Assembly (NCBI GenBank): GCA_023205875.1
Contig: CP060755.1
Span: forward strand, 248,001-312,000
Reading direction: 5' to 3'
DNA from: Chloropicon primus
Taxonomy: Eukaryota
Length of the DNA: 64,000 nt
The notes under the pieces are model-generated. The model saw only the letters and a list, made by a program, of their open reading frames with translations. It was not told the origin of the DNA and ran no database searches. This document shows, piece after piece, positions 9,869 to 19,322 of this stretch (positions are counted from its first letter, which is position 1; each line of letters starts with the position of its first letter). The translations under genes and the position numbers were made by a program.

Positions 9869-11601
9869 ATGTCTTCGGTGAGTTTTTTTTTCAGGATTGC
9901 GCCGAGGCTTCCGTCTCACTAGGCAGTCCCTGATCTCCGTTTCATCTCTGACTCGGCCACTGACACGTTCTCGACTTCAATTCTGTTTGTGTGAAGGACT
10001 TCGAGTTCTCAAAGCCTGGAAGCAGCCGTGGCAAGGTGCACCGTCACCACCACCACCACAAGGGCAGCAGCAGGCGGTCCGGAAGGAGCGGGGGCGGGCG
10101 GCAGATTAGCCTGATGAGTGACGAGGAGGAGGTGTACTCCCCGGAGGCGGCCGGGCACTCCATCGCCAAGTGGCGTCATGAGGCCCACGTGAAGGACCAC
10201 GAGATAAAAATCTTGCGCCAGATGGTCCAGAACGCCAAGACCGAGATACAGAAGAAGGAGCAAACCGTTGCCAAGATGGTGGAGAGGATGCCGGCCTTTC
10301 AGAACGAGAACCAGGGCTTCAGCAAGGACGCGCTGGACATGATAGAGACCCTCGAGAGGAAGCTGTCTGAAAGGGAGTACCAGACGTTGAAAGTGCAGCA
10401 GGACTTGGAGAGCGCCCAGGCCGCGGTCACCGAGAGGAACGAGAGGATCCACGATCTGTGCCTCCAGTGGGAGAAGTCAACCTCGCTGCTCAAGGAGGCC
10501 AGGGAGAGAGACCTTGCGGAGCTTCAGAAGCAGATCAGACACCTCGAGGAGGAGGTGATCCCACCGATCAGGTCCCGCGCGGAGGCGGCGGAGGCCAGGG
10601 AGAAACAGATGAAGAACGAGCTCACGGTGGCTCACGCGAGAATCAAGCAGATCGAGGCCCTTGCCCAAGAGAAGCTCGCCCAGAAGGAGAGGCAGCTCGC
10701 GGAATCCACGAGGAGGATTCGCGAGCTCGAGCTCGACCTGGAGCACGTCATGGCAGCAGCAGCGAGGTACACCCGGAGGGAAGTGCTTGTGGAGCACCTG
10801 GGAGGCCACTTGCAGAACACGCTCACGGCAAGCACGCCCGTCTACCAGGATCTCCCTTCGGTGCCGATAGTGCAGCAGCCGTCCCCGGCGGGGGCGATGG
10901 CGAGTCCAAGCATGTACACGCCAGCCCCAAACGTGTACCAGCAGATTGGAACGGATGCGTACGGGGGCACTGCTCCACCGCCGAGCTCCAGCCATGCTCC
11001 TTACAGCCATGCTCCTTACGGCCAGGAGCCAGCTCTGGCGCAGATGCCTCCGGTGCCGCCCGCCGTTGCACCGCCTGTCGCGCCCCCGCCACCCGTGCCG
11101 CCCGTGCCACCCGTGCCTCCGGCGTCGGCAATGAAGAGTCAAACAAGGCCTTCGCCGTCAAAGAGCGTGAGCTTTGCTCCACCGACACCAGCAGCACCAG
11201 CGGCACCGGCACCGGCACCGGCACCACCGCTTCCTCCACAGGTCGTGCCTCCAGCAGCGATGCCGCAGGCGCGGCCCCAGGAGGTGGTGAGCGGGCCACC
11301 GAGTAACAAGGCATCGACTTCTTCCGCGGGAGCCGGCGATCCTCCTCACAAGAGGCAGGACTCCATGACATCGCCCAAGCCGCCACCTTTGCCAGGACAG
11401 GATAGTAGCCCTTACAGCAACCCCATGATGCCACCGGATCCCGAGCTGCTCAAGCAGCAGCCGAGGCACAAATTCTCCTTCCAGGAGCACATCCCGGAGA
11501 ACAGCCCGAGGCACAGGCTCTCTGTCATCATGAGAAAGCTCAAGGACCCCACATCGCACCTGAGGACATCATCCGGATCGAGTCCCGTGAAGGCAACATA
11601 A
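9869..11601 (+). CDS. Unknown protein with N-terminal His-run, long coiled coil and Pro/Ala-rich C-terminal half; 9-nt first coding exon 9869-9877, exon 2 9997-11601
   Basis: ATG TCT TCG|gtgagt ... cactgac ... gaag|GAC TTC joins in frame to the 536-codon ORF. Codon use is GC3-biased. No family recognised. Confidence 0.7.
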
Positions 11602-11851
11602 CTGCCCCAGCAGGTTCTCCCCTCCATTTGCCATTTGAGAGGAATGTGGGAATCATAGAGGACGCAGGCCACCTGCGTTGCGATCGTTAAACTTATCTTG
11701 TAACCACCTGTCCAATGCACCACCTTTGGTCATCCATCCCACCACCTCGCCTCTCTCCCTCCTTCATCTGGCCTGGATCTCCAGAGAGAGAGAGAGGTTG
11801 CTCCGGCTAGCAGCGCTCGAGGGGAGGGAGAGAAATAGAACTCACCCAATC

Positions 11852-13873
11852 ATGGTGGTCGGGCGACGGTACTACAGGGGTGAGCTGGACGAGGAGGACG
11901 ACGCGTCCAAACCGAAAGGCTTCTTCGCCCAGCTCCTCGACGAGAAGGACGAGGAGGAGGAGGGCCGGGCTCAGGTTGCCCCGACGAGGAGGGCGAAGAC
12001 GGTTCGCTTCGCCGAGAGCCCAGCCCAAGGCACGGGAGGCTTGGAGGCGCCTTCGACGAGGCAAGGGAGCGGCGGCGGTGGCGACGCGGCGTCTGGACTC
12101 GAGGAGGGGGCAAGGAAGCGAGGGAGGGAAGAGACCGAGAGCGCGGACCCCAGGCCCAAGGGGCGGGAGAGGACCAAGTCCCTCCTGGTGAAGACGGTGC
12201 AGGCACGGAGGAACCAGAAGCCAGAGACACCGGCGGAGCGGCAGTGGAGGGAGGAGCAAGAGATCCTTCGAAACATAGAAAAGCAGAGGATGGAGCTGAA
12301 GAGCGCGAAGGAGCTCGCCCAAGACATCGAGTACGCTCGCACGGACACCGTGGACTACAACTGGACGCCACCGAAGTGGTGGTCTGAGGCCATGTCCGAC
12401 CGAGACAAGCTGGAGAAGACCAGGAAGAAGCTCCACATTATTGCCGAGGGGACCGACGTGGTGCCGCCGTGCGAGACGTTTCAGAAAATGAAGCTCCCGA
12501 AGTGGCTCGTGGACCACCTGGAGGGCAGGGGCATCGTGAGGCCGACCCCGATTCAGATGCAGGGAATCCCGGTCGCCTTCTCTGGGCGGGATATGATTGG
12601 AGTGGCGTTCACTGGAAGCGGGAAGACTTTGGCCTTCTCCATCCCCTCCGTGTTCACTGCACTCATCGAGGACTACAGAATGCCCATCAGGAGCGGGGAG
12701 GGTCCCGTGGCTCTGGTCATCTGCCCGTCCAGGGAGCTCGCGAGGCAAACGTACCAGGTGCTGAACGGCTTTGTGGAGGCCTTCAACGACTGCCGGGACG
12801 AGAAGCAGTTGTGCGAGAGGGGAACGAAGGAGGAGCAGGTAGCGATGAGGAAGATCATCTTGAAGACGATGCTTTGCATAGGGGGCGTGGATCTGAAGGA
12901 GCAGACCGACGTGGTGAGGCGGGAGGGGGTCCACATCATCGTGGCCACCCCGGGAAGGCTGAAGGACCACCTCTCCAAGAAGAGGATCACCCTGGACGCT
13001 TGCAGGTACATCGTGCTGGACGAGGCGGACAGGATGATCGACATGGGCTTCGAGGAGGACGTGAGGGAAATTTTGAGTTACTTCAAGTCCCAGAGGCAGA
13101 CCATGCTCTTCTCGGCGACTATGCCCGAAAAAATACGCAGCTTTGCCAACAAGTCCCTGGTGGACCCGGTCATCGTCAACGTGGGCCGGGCCGGGGCAGC
13201 GAATTTGGACGTGATCCAGGAGGTGGAGTACGTCAAGCAGGACAGCAAGATGGTTCACATCTTGCAGTGCCTGCAGAAGACGGCGCCTCCCGTGATGGTC
13301 TTCTGCGAGAACAAGAACGACGTGGATGCCGTGCACGAGTACTTGCTCTTGAAGGGGGTCGATGCCTGTGCGGTTCACGGTGGACTGGACCAGGAGGTGA
13401 GGGAGAAATCCATCGACGCCTTCAAGAACGAGACCAAGGACGTCCTCGTGGCCACGGACGTCGCTAGCAAGGGCCTAGATTTTGCGAACATCCAGCATGT
13501 GATCAACTACGACATGCCGGGGGAAATTGAGAATTACGTGCACAGGATCGGTAGAACGGGTAGGTGCGGGAAGACAGGAGTGGCCACGACTTTCGTGAAC
13601 CACCAGGACTGCTCGGAGTCCTCCCTGCTCGATCTGAAGCACTTGCTGAAAGAAGCAAAGCAGAGGATCCCACCGATACTGAATGCGCTGGACGACCCTC
13701 AGGAGATGGAGGAGGAACTGGCTATCATCAGCGGCATCAGGGGGTGCGCCTATTGCGGCGGTCTAGGTCACAGGGTGACCATGTGCCCAAAGCTCATCGC
13801 CCAGGATCGCGAGATATCGAGGCGTAGCGCGGGCGGGGGAGGCGAGATGGCGGGCTACGGTGGCGAGATGTAA
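11852..13873 (+). CDS. DDX41: DEAD-box RNA helicase DDX41/Abstrakt (plant RH35-like)
   Basis: Q-motif PTPIQMQG, AFTGSGKT, PSRELARQ, LDEADRMIDMGFEED, FSAT, ATDVASKGLDF, HRIGRTGRCG, and C-terminal zinc knuckle CAYCGGLGHRVTMC. Confidence 0.95.
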   Translation: MVVGRRYYRGELDEEDDASKPKGFFAQLLDEKDEEEEGRAQVAPTRRAKTVRFAESPAQGTGGLEAPSTRQGSGGGGDAASGLEEGARKRGREETESADPRPKGRERTKSLLVKTVQARRNQKPETPAERQWREEQEILRNIEKQRMELKSAKELAQDIEYARTDTVDYNWTPPKWWSEAMSDRDKLEKTRKKLHIIAEGTDVVPPCETFQKMKLPKWLVDHLEGRGIVRPTPIQMQGIPVAFSGRDMIGVAFTGSGKTLAFSIPSVFTALIEDYRMPIRSGEGPVALVICPSRELARQTYQVLNGFVEAFNDCRDEKQLCERGTKEEQVAMRKIILKTMLCIGGVDLKEQTDVVRREGVHIIVATPGRLKDHLSKKRITLDACRYIVLDEADRMIDMGFEEDVREILSYFKSQRQTMLFSATMPEKIRSFANKSLVDPVIVNVGRAGAANLDVIQEVEYVKQDSKMVHILQCLQKTAPPVMVFCENKNDVDAVHEYLLLKGVDACAVHGGLDQEVREKSIDAFKNETKDVLVATDVASKGLDFANIQHVINYDMPGEIENYVHRIGRTGRCGKTGVATTFVNHQDCSESSLLDLKHLLKEAKQRIPPILNALDDPQEMEEELAIISGIRGCAYCGGLGHRVTMCPKLIAQDREISRRSAGGGGEMAGYGGEM

Positions 13874-13932
13874 GATACGTTGTTTGTAAACAGGAAAAGA
13901 ATTACATGTGTATACACAAAGGATAACAAAGT

Positions 13933-15498
13933 TCATCTGAGCAGGTACATCAGGATCCCAAGGATCAAGATACAGAGGGCGCCGGCGAGTTGAATGGGGT
14001 TTAGCTGCCCGCTTTCCCTGGCGGCCTTTGCGGCCACGCCGCCGCCGCCAGAAGCTCCTCCGCTCACGACCGCGGTGCCATTTCCCTTTCCCGACTTGGT
14101 CGCCACGGACGCCGGGGTTCCCACCATGGGATCCCAGACCGGAACCCGCATGTCGTCCTCGTCCTCCACCCTCTCCGAGGAGGTCGCACGAAAAGGAACA
14201 AACCCCTTCATCACCAGCAGATCCTCGAGGTGCGCCACGCTCTCCGCGGTCGCCTCCTCCCCCCCCTGGTCCGGATCAGAGGTCGCGTAGTGGGAGAACA
14301 CCAGCTCAAAGTCGACCGTGCCCGAACCGCTCCTTTCGGAATCCTTGACAAAGAGCTTCCTCGGTGGAAGGCAGATAGCGATTGGGGTGCCCAAGCCCTG
14401 GGACCCATCCCTTCGAGCTTCGACCAAAGGATGCAAAACCGCATCCTCCTCTCCCCTCGCTTGCTGCTCTGACTCCAGAGCCTCGTCAACATACACTTCT
14501 ATCCTGCTCTTGATGGACCTCACCAAATCCATCTTGAGAGCCTCGAGCACGCTGGACGTGGAGTCCCTGGCGTAGGCATACCCGAGGCAATTGATGCTGC
14601 CGCTGGACTGCATCCTGCCGCAAACATGTTTCAAGTCGGCACCCGCGCGATGCTCGAAAGGGCAGAATATGTCAAAGCGCAAGTTCCTCAGCCCGACTTT
14701 GGAACTCTCGTCCAGCGCATCCCTCTCCTTGAGGCCCTTCACCACTTCGATCACCGGAACCGTGGTCGCGGAGTCCACAAACCGGGCCGGGCCCTTTTCG
14801 GTCTTCAGCCTGAGGGCCATCCTCTCGACCCTAGCGGCCTCCTTCTCCCTCCACCTCGACAACTCCTTGACCAGCCCCGTCTTGCTAGCCCCTCCCCCGA
14901 GCACGACCTGGGGCAAAGTGCTCAGGGAGAAGACGGACTGCACCCTCACGAGGTTATTCTCCACTTTCGTGAACTGCAGCTCCAGCGTCTTCAGGGAGTC
15001 GCCACCTGACAGAGACTTGGCACCCATCTTCCTGCTCGTCGCATCCAAGTGAATCAAGATCGGAGGGGCCTTGCACTTGAAGCTCCTCTCCAAGTTTCTC
15101 AAGCAGGCCGTCACCTGCATGCTGGTCCTCGTGTTCTTGAAGGTCTTCTCCGAGCAGTAGAGGTAATACCCCAGCACCTCCACTCCTCCCGGAAGCATCG
15201 CTTCGACCTGGCTCGCGTGCTCGAGCGCCCAATCGGTGTCCAGCTTCACCGACACCGAGTCGAAGCTCGCCGTGGAGCTCCTCGCCCCCCCGCTTTTCTT
15301 CGACGCCTTCGTCGCCGTTGAGGTGAAGACGTCCTCCTGGAGCGGCGTCGGGACGAACTCCAGCACGAGGTCCTTGTGCGTCGACCCCGAGGCCATCCTA
15401 AGTCCCAGGACAAGGCCCACTTGTCCCAAAATTGTTCCATCCCTCCTCAGGGCGTTCACCCTTCCCTCCAGGAACTCCTCGCTCGCCAGCACCTTCAT
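13933..15498 (-). CDS. ODR4: ODR-4-like tail-anchored ER protein
   Basis: 'GLVLG....DLVL...PTP', 'D.DWALEHASQVEAMLPGGVEVLG', 'LK.DLVRSIKSRIE', 'LPPRKL' and a C-terminal TM. Start taken at MKVLAS. Confidence 0.8.
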   Translation of the reverse strand: MKVLASEEFLEGRVNALRRDGTILGQVGLVLGLRMASGSTHKDLVLEFVPTPLQEDVFTSTATKASKKSGGARSSTASFDSVSVKLDTDWALEHASQVEAMLPGGVEVLGYYLYCSEKTFKNTRTSMQVTACLRNLERSFKCKAPPILIHLDATSRKMGAKSLSGGDSLKTLELQFTKVENNLVRVQSVFSLSTLPQVVLGGGASKTGLVKELSRWREKEAARVERMALRLKTEKGPARFVDSATTVPVIEVVKGLKERDALDESSKVGLRNLRFDIFCPFEHRAGADLKHVCGRMQSSGSINCLGYAYARDSTSSVLEALKMDLVRSIKSRIEVYVDEALESEQQARGEEDAVLHPLVEARRDGSQGLGTPIAICLPPRKLFVKDSERSGSGTVDFELVFSHYATSDPDQGGEEATAESVAHLEDLLVMKGFVPFRATSSERVEDEDDMRVPVWDPMVGTPASVATKSGKGNGTAVVSGGASGGGGVAAKAARESGQLNPIQLAGALCILILGILMYLLR

Positions 15499-15675
15499 CC
15501 CCCTCTCCCGCCACTTCAAGCCTGGGCTGACGAACTCGAACTCAACTCAATCGAGGAAACGAGTATCGGCTCGGCTCGGGCTCGGGACGGTGGAGGGGCT
15601 TGGGAACCCGGGGTCGTCTCAATCGAATTTTTTCCCTTCCTTGTGGCGTTGCCCGCTCCGTTCGCTCTCTGAAAC

Positions 15676-15762
15676 GAGCAGCAGCAAACAGCAGCAGCAG
15701 CAGCAACAACAACAACAAAAACAACAATAACAACAACAACAACAACATCAACAACATCATCA
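15676..15762. repeat. Compound (CAG)n(CAA)n(CAT)n trinucleotide microsatellite
   Basis: agcagcagc...caacaacaac...catcatc between the divergent ODR4 and TPR genes. Confidence 0.85.
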
Positions 15763-15787
15763 TCTTCTTCTTCTGTGTTGGTTTGCC

Positions 15788-16681
15788 ATGGGGATGGGTA
15801 CGGGGAGGACGAGGGTTGAAGGAGGGAGGTGTGTGAGGGCGGAGGCTTTCGGATCGTCGAGCAGGAAGGTGGACCGCAGGACGACTGGGGCGATAGCTTC
15901 GGTGTCGGCACTAGCGGCACTGCTTCCCTCTCCGTCGAGGGCCAGGGCGGACGTTATGAGGAGGAGGGAGACTACGGCAAGCCGGGGAGGAGGGGGCTTC
16001 TTTGAGAACTTCCTCAACCCGGACTGGAAGCAAGCCAGGGCTCTCGTGCAGGACGGCATGAGGAAGTTTTTGGATGGGGACGTGCAGGGCAGCGTCGCGG
16101 CTTTCGATTCCGCGATTGCGCTGGATGCAGAGCTGAAGACGCAGCTGTGGCAGCGTGGGCTTTCGTTGTACTATGCTGGGGAGTATGAGCTTGCGGCGGA
16201 GCAGTTCAGGTCTGACGTGGCTCTGAACCCGAACGACACGGAAGAGGCGCTCTGGGCATTTCTGTCGGAGGCTCAGGTCGTCGGGAGCGCCAAGGCGAGG
16301 GAACAGGTAAGGATAGGTTCACTCTCTCTGCTCTGTAGACGCCGCGCACGCATCACGTGGTTTCATGCGCTGACGCTTGAAGCCTAGTTCCTGAAAGTTG
16401 GGAGGGATCCGAGGACCCTCCTGAGGGTCGTGTACGACAAGTACAAGGCGGGGGAGGGGGACCCCGCCAAAGAGATTCTCGAGGAGGCGGCTCGTGCCGA
16501 GAGCGCCCACGACGAATTTTACTCCAACCTTTACTGCGCCCTTTGGTACGAGGCGGAAGGCCAGGAGTATTTGGCGAAAAAATTCATGCTCGAAGCGGTG
16601 GACACGAGGTATGCTCTGCAATCGGGGGACTACATGGCGGGCTTAGCAAGAGTTGCCTGCAAGGTCCGCAAGTGGGCGTAG
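15788..16681 (+). CDS. TPR/NlpI-like protein, probably plastid-targeted; exons 15788-16306 and 16388-16681
   Basis: 'FD.AI.LD.....LWQRGLSLYY...Y..A.EQFR.DVA.NPNDTEE..W.FL' joins 'FLKVGRDPR..LR..Y' and 'FY.NLY..LWYEAEG...DYMAGLARV'. Arg/Ser/Ala-rich N-terminus. Confidence 0.85.
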
Positions 16682-16873
16682 CTAAGTGTTTGTGTATCCA
16701 TTATTTTTGATCGTGGGAGGGGCGATAAGGATAAGCCCCCGCCCTCTCGTGCCTCTCCTCCCCACAGAAGCAGAAGCCCATCTCCCTTTTCACGATCTTC
16801 CACAGCCAGCCCCCTCCGCTTTGACAGACGAAGGAAAGGCGGGAGCACAATTGAAAAGTTTCTGGCTGCTGCC

Positions 16874-17184
16874 ATGCTGCGAAGGAAGCCCACGAGGTGA
16901 GTGAACGCGAGAGCGAGGGGAGGCCCGGAACCTCGCGAGCCTTTGGCGCGACCCGCGGAGGTGTCCAGATCAACTGAACGCAAAGCCTGCTCTCCTTCAT
17001 TTTTTCCGGCGACCTCCTCACCTCAAACAGGATCGAGCTCCGTTCCGAGGACAAGCAAGAGTACGAAGAGCTGAAGAAGTTGACGGGCAAGAGCTCCGAG
17101 TCATCCGCGAGGAAGACGGCTCTTGAGGATCCAAGGAAGCAGGCAGAGTCGCGGTCCGCACGCATAGGTCTCTCGGACGACTGA
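16874..17184 (+). CDS. CDC26: APC/C subunit CDC26 (58 aa); exons 16874-16896 and 17031-17184; candidate uORF of the TTM3 transcript
   Basis: Spliced translation is MLRRKPTRIELRSEDKQEYEELKKLTGKSSESSARKTALEDPRKQAESRSARIGLSDD*. MLRRKPT.IEL..ED..E.E is the Cdc26 hallmark. Canonical gtgagt...aacag intron. Not present in the ORF track. Confidence 0.9.
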
Positions 17185-17228
17185 GGCCTCGCTTTCATAC
17201 GCGCGCCCAACACCCATCGTTGAGAGAT

Positions 17229-17230
<2 letters not shown>

Positions 17231-17286
<56 letters not shown>
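17231..17286. repeat. Perfect (GA)n microsatellite in the CDC26-TTM3 spacer
   Basis: About 28 GA units ending 5 nt before the TTM3 ATG. Confidence 0.9.
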
Positions 17287-17290
<4 letters not shown>

Positions 17291-17291
17291 T

Positions 17292-18092
17292 ATGGAAGTG
17301 GAGGTGAAGCTCAGGTTGAAGAGCGGCGACGATCACCGCAAGGCGTGCGAGCACTTTGGCTCGAGGGACGAGCACAAGGCCAAGTACTTCCAGGAGAACT
17401 TGTTCTTCGATGGGCTTGAGCAGGAGCTCTCCTCCAAGCGAGTGGTGCTGAGGATACGGTTTTACAACATGAACGAGAAGTGCGTGGTGACCGTGAAGGG
17501 CAAGGCGGTCCTGGAGAACGGCATCGGGAAAGCTTCAGAGGTGGAGGAGGCCATAGATCCCATCTTGGGGAGGTCCTTTGTTGAAAATCCGGAGCTCATG
17601 TTGGAGAGCGACCTCTCGGTGCTGAGAGACACGCTGGGGTGAGTGGCAGGAGAGGGAGGGACGGAGGGAGGACTCTCGCTTTTCTTCGGCAGGGAGCCAC
17701 GCAGCCATCTGACTCGATCGTTGCCTTTTTCTGAAAAAAATGTCCAGGAAATTTGGAGTGAAGGGCTTGAAGGGTCTCGGCGGTTTCAAGAACGTGAGGG
17801 ACGTCTACAACTGGAAGGGGCTCGACATTGAGGTGGATGAGACCAAGTACAACTGGGGGACCGTGTACGAGATCGAGTGTGAGACGGTGAGTTTCGTCGA
17901 CGTCCAGCGCGGCGGGAGAGGAGGTTCACCTTTTTCGGACTCGCTGACCCATCATTTTCCGCCGTCTTTTCGCAGAGCGAGCCGGAGAGGATCAAGGGGG
18001 AGCTGGAGGAGGTCTTGAAGGGCCAGGGCGTTGGCTACGAGTACAGCAAGGTGACTAAATTTCAGAACTTTATCAACCAAACCTTGGATTAA
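17292..18092 (+). CDS. TTM3: CYTH-domain triphosphate tunnel metalloenzyme 3; exons 17292-17638, 17748-17886, 17976-18092
   Basis: MEVEVKLRL (ExExK motif), QEN.FFDG...ELS....VLRIRFY, TVKGKAVL.NGI....EVEE, LGGFKNVR.VY.W.GL.IEVDET.Y..GTVYEIECE, and YS...KF.NF. Confidence 0.92.
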
Positions 18093-18246
18093 TGGATGGC
18101 AAAGGCAGAGCCCTTGGACCCCATCCCAACTAAACATATCACCGCAACGCACGCCGGGGGTGGGCGGGGTCAGCCCGTCCGTCTTCACTTGCAAGGAGAT
18201 CAGCCACACGAACCCAAGCGTCGTCTTCACCCAAGCTGCTTGCTGT

Positions 18247-18918
18247 TTACTCCACCTTCTTCACCCTCTCCATGATCAGCCCGCCCAGCAGGATGGCCCA
18301 CGCGACGCAGGACATCACGATGACGGCCACGATGATCGGCGTCGTCCTCCCGTTGTACACGTTGACCTGGAAGTTCTCGCCCGTGTTCGTGGCGCCCATG
18401 ACGAAGGTGCCCTCCGCGTCCGCCGCGAGGGCCCTGAAGTAGTACACGGCCTGGCCAAGCATGTCGCCCACGGTCCACGTGCACTTGGCGGTGGAGCCCT
18501 CGAGGACGACGCCCTTGCAGGCGGAGAAGCACTGCTTATCGCTGCCGATCACGTCGGCGGGCTTCCTCCAGGGCCTCCCCCCGATGTAAGCGTCCGTGTA
18601 GCACACCTGGAAGGTCACGCTCTTGGCCTCGGTCGAGTTCGCCTCCACCGTGGACTCGAACATCAGCGTGTCGTTGGCCTGGCCGTACATCAGCACGGTC
18701 GGGCACGCCCCGATCTGGTCGGACTTGCAGGGCTCCGCCGTGCTCGTGACCGCGAGGGACGTCGTCTCGATGCTCGTGTAGGCGACGGTCGACTTGGGTG
18801 TGGGCGCCCCAAGCGTGAACGCCAGGGACAGGGCGATCGCCATCATCACCGCAACCCCCAAGCATCCCAAGGACACGACCTTGAAGGTCGTCGACTGGAA
18901 GCAGCTCGTCATCGTCAT
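18247..18918 (-). CDS. NAR2: High-affinity nitrate transporter accessory protein NAR2/NRT3, copy 1
   Basis: 'KSVTFQVCY.......RPWRK..D....DKQC', 'WTV.......AVYYFRA.A' and a C-terminal TM followed by ERVKK. Divergent from NRT2. Confidence 0.88.
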   Translation of the reverse strand: MTMTSCFQSTTFKVVSLGCLGVAVMMAIALSLAFTLGAPTPKSTVAYTSIETTSLAVTSTAEPCKSDQIGACPTVLMYGQANDTLMFESTVEANSTEAKSVTFQVCYTDAYIGGRPWRKPADVIGSDKQCFSACKGVVLEGSTAKCTWTVGDMLGQAVYYFRALAADAEGTFVMGATNTGENFQVNVYNGRTTPIIVAVIVMSCVAWAILLGGLIMERVKKVE

Positions 18919-19322
18919 GCTGATGTTCCGGGTCCCGTGCTCCGTAGTCGTGGTCCGTGTCTTGTCCCTTTCTTCCTTTCTCCTCCTGGTGGTCGCGTGG
19001 AAGGAGGAGCGATCAAGCCGGCGTCGCTCTCCGTCGTCAAGGAGCCAAGGCCTTGCCTTATCCAGCTTTTTTTTGTGTGGCTCCGATTTTTGCTGCAGCG
19101 CCGTTACACGTGGAGGCCACGATTCGCCTTTTGGGCTACGGCGGGAGTCAAGTCAAGTCCGTTCAATGAGCACCGAGAGTCTCGGCCAGCCGTCGAGCAA
19201 AGAGAGAGAGAGAAAGGCAAGAGCGTCGTCCTTCGCTGCGCACGGGCCGCTGAGGTTGTAGTGAGGGCTCAGAGCAGCGTAACGCATCGCATTTATCCGC
19301 TCGCCCGGAGAAGAAGAAGAAG

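Noticed and set aside
15676..15762. Apparent poly-Gln/Asn/Leu coding tract
   Set aside because: Intergenic microsatellite with no credible start or coding context
16682..16873. TPR-CDC26-TTM3 as a tricistronic unit
   Set aside because: The 192-nt gap is typical of ordinary same-strand spacing here, and there is no positive evidence
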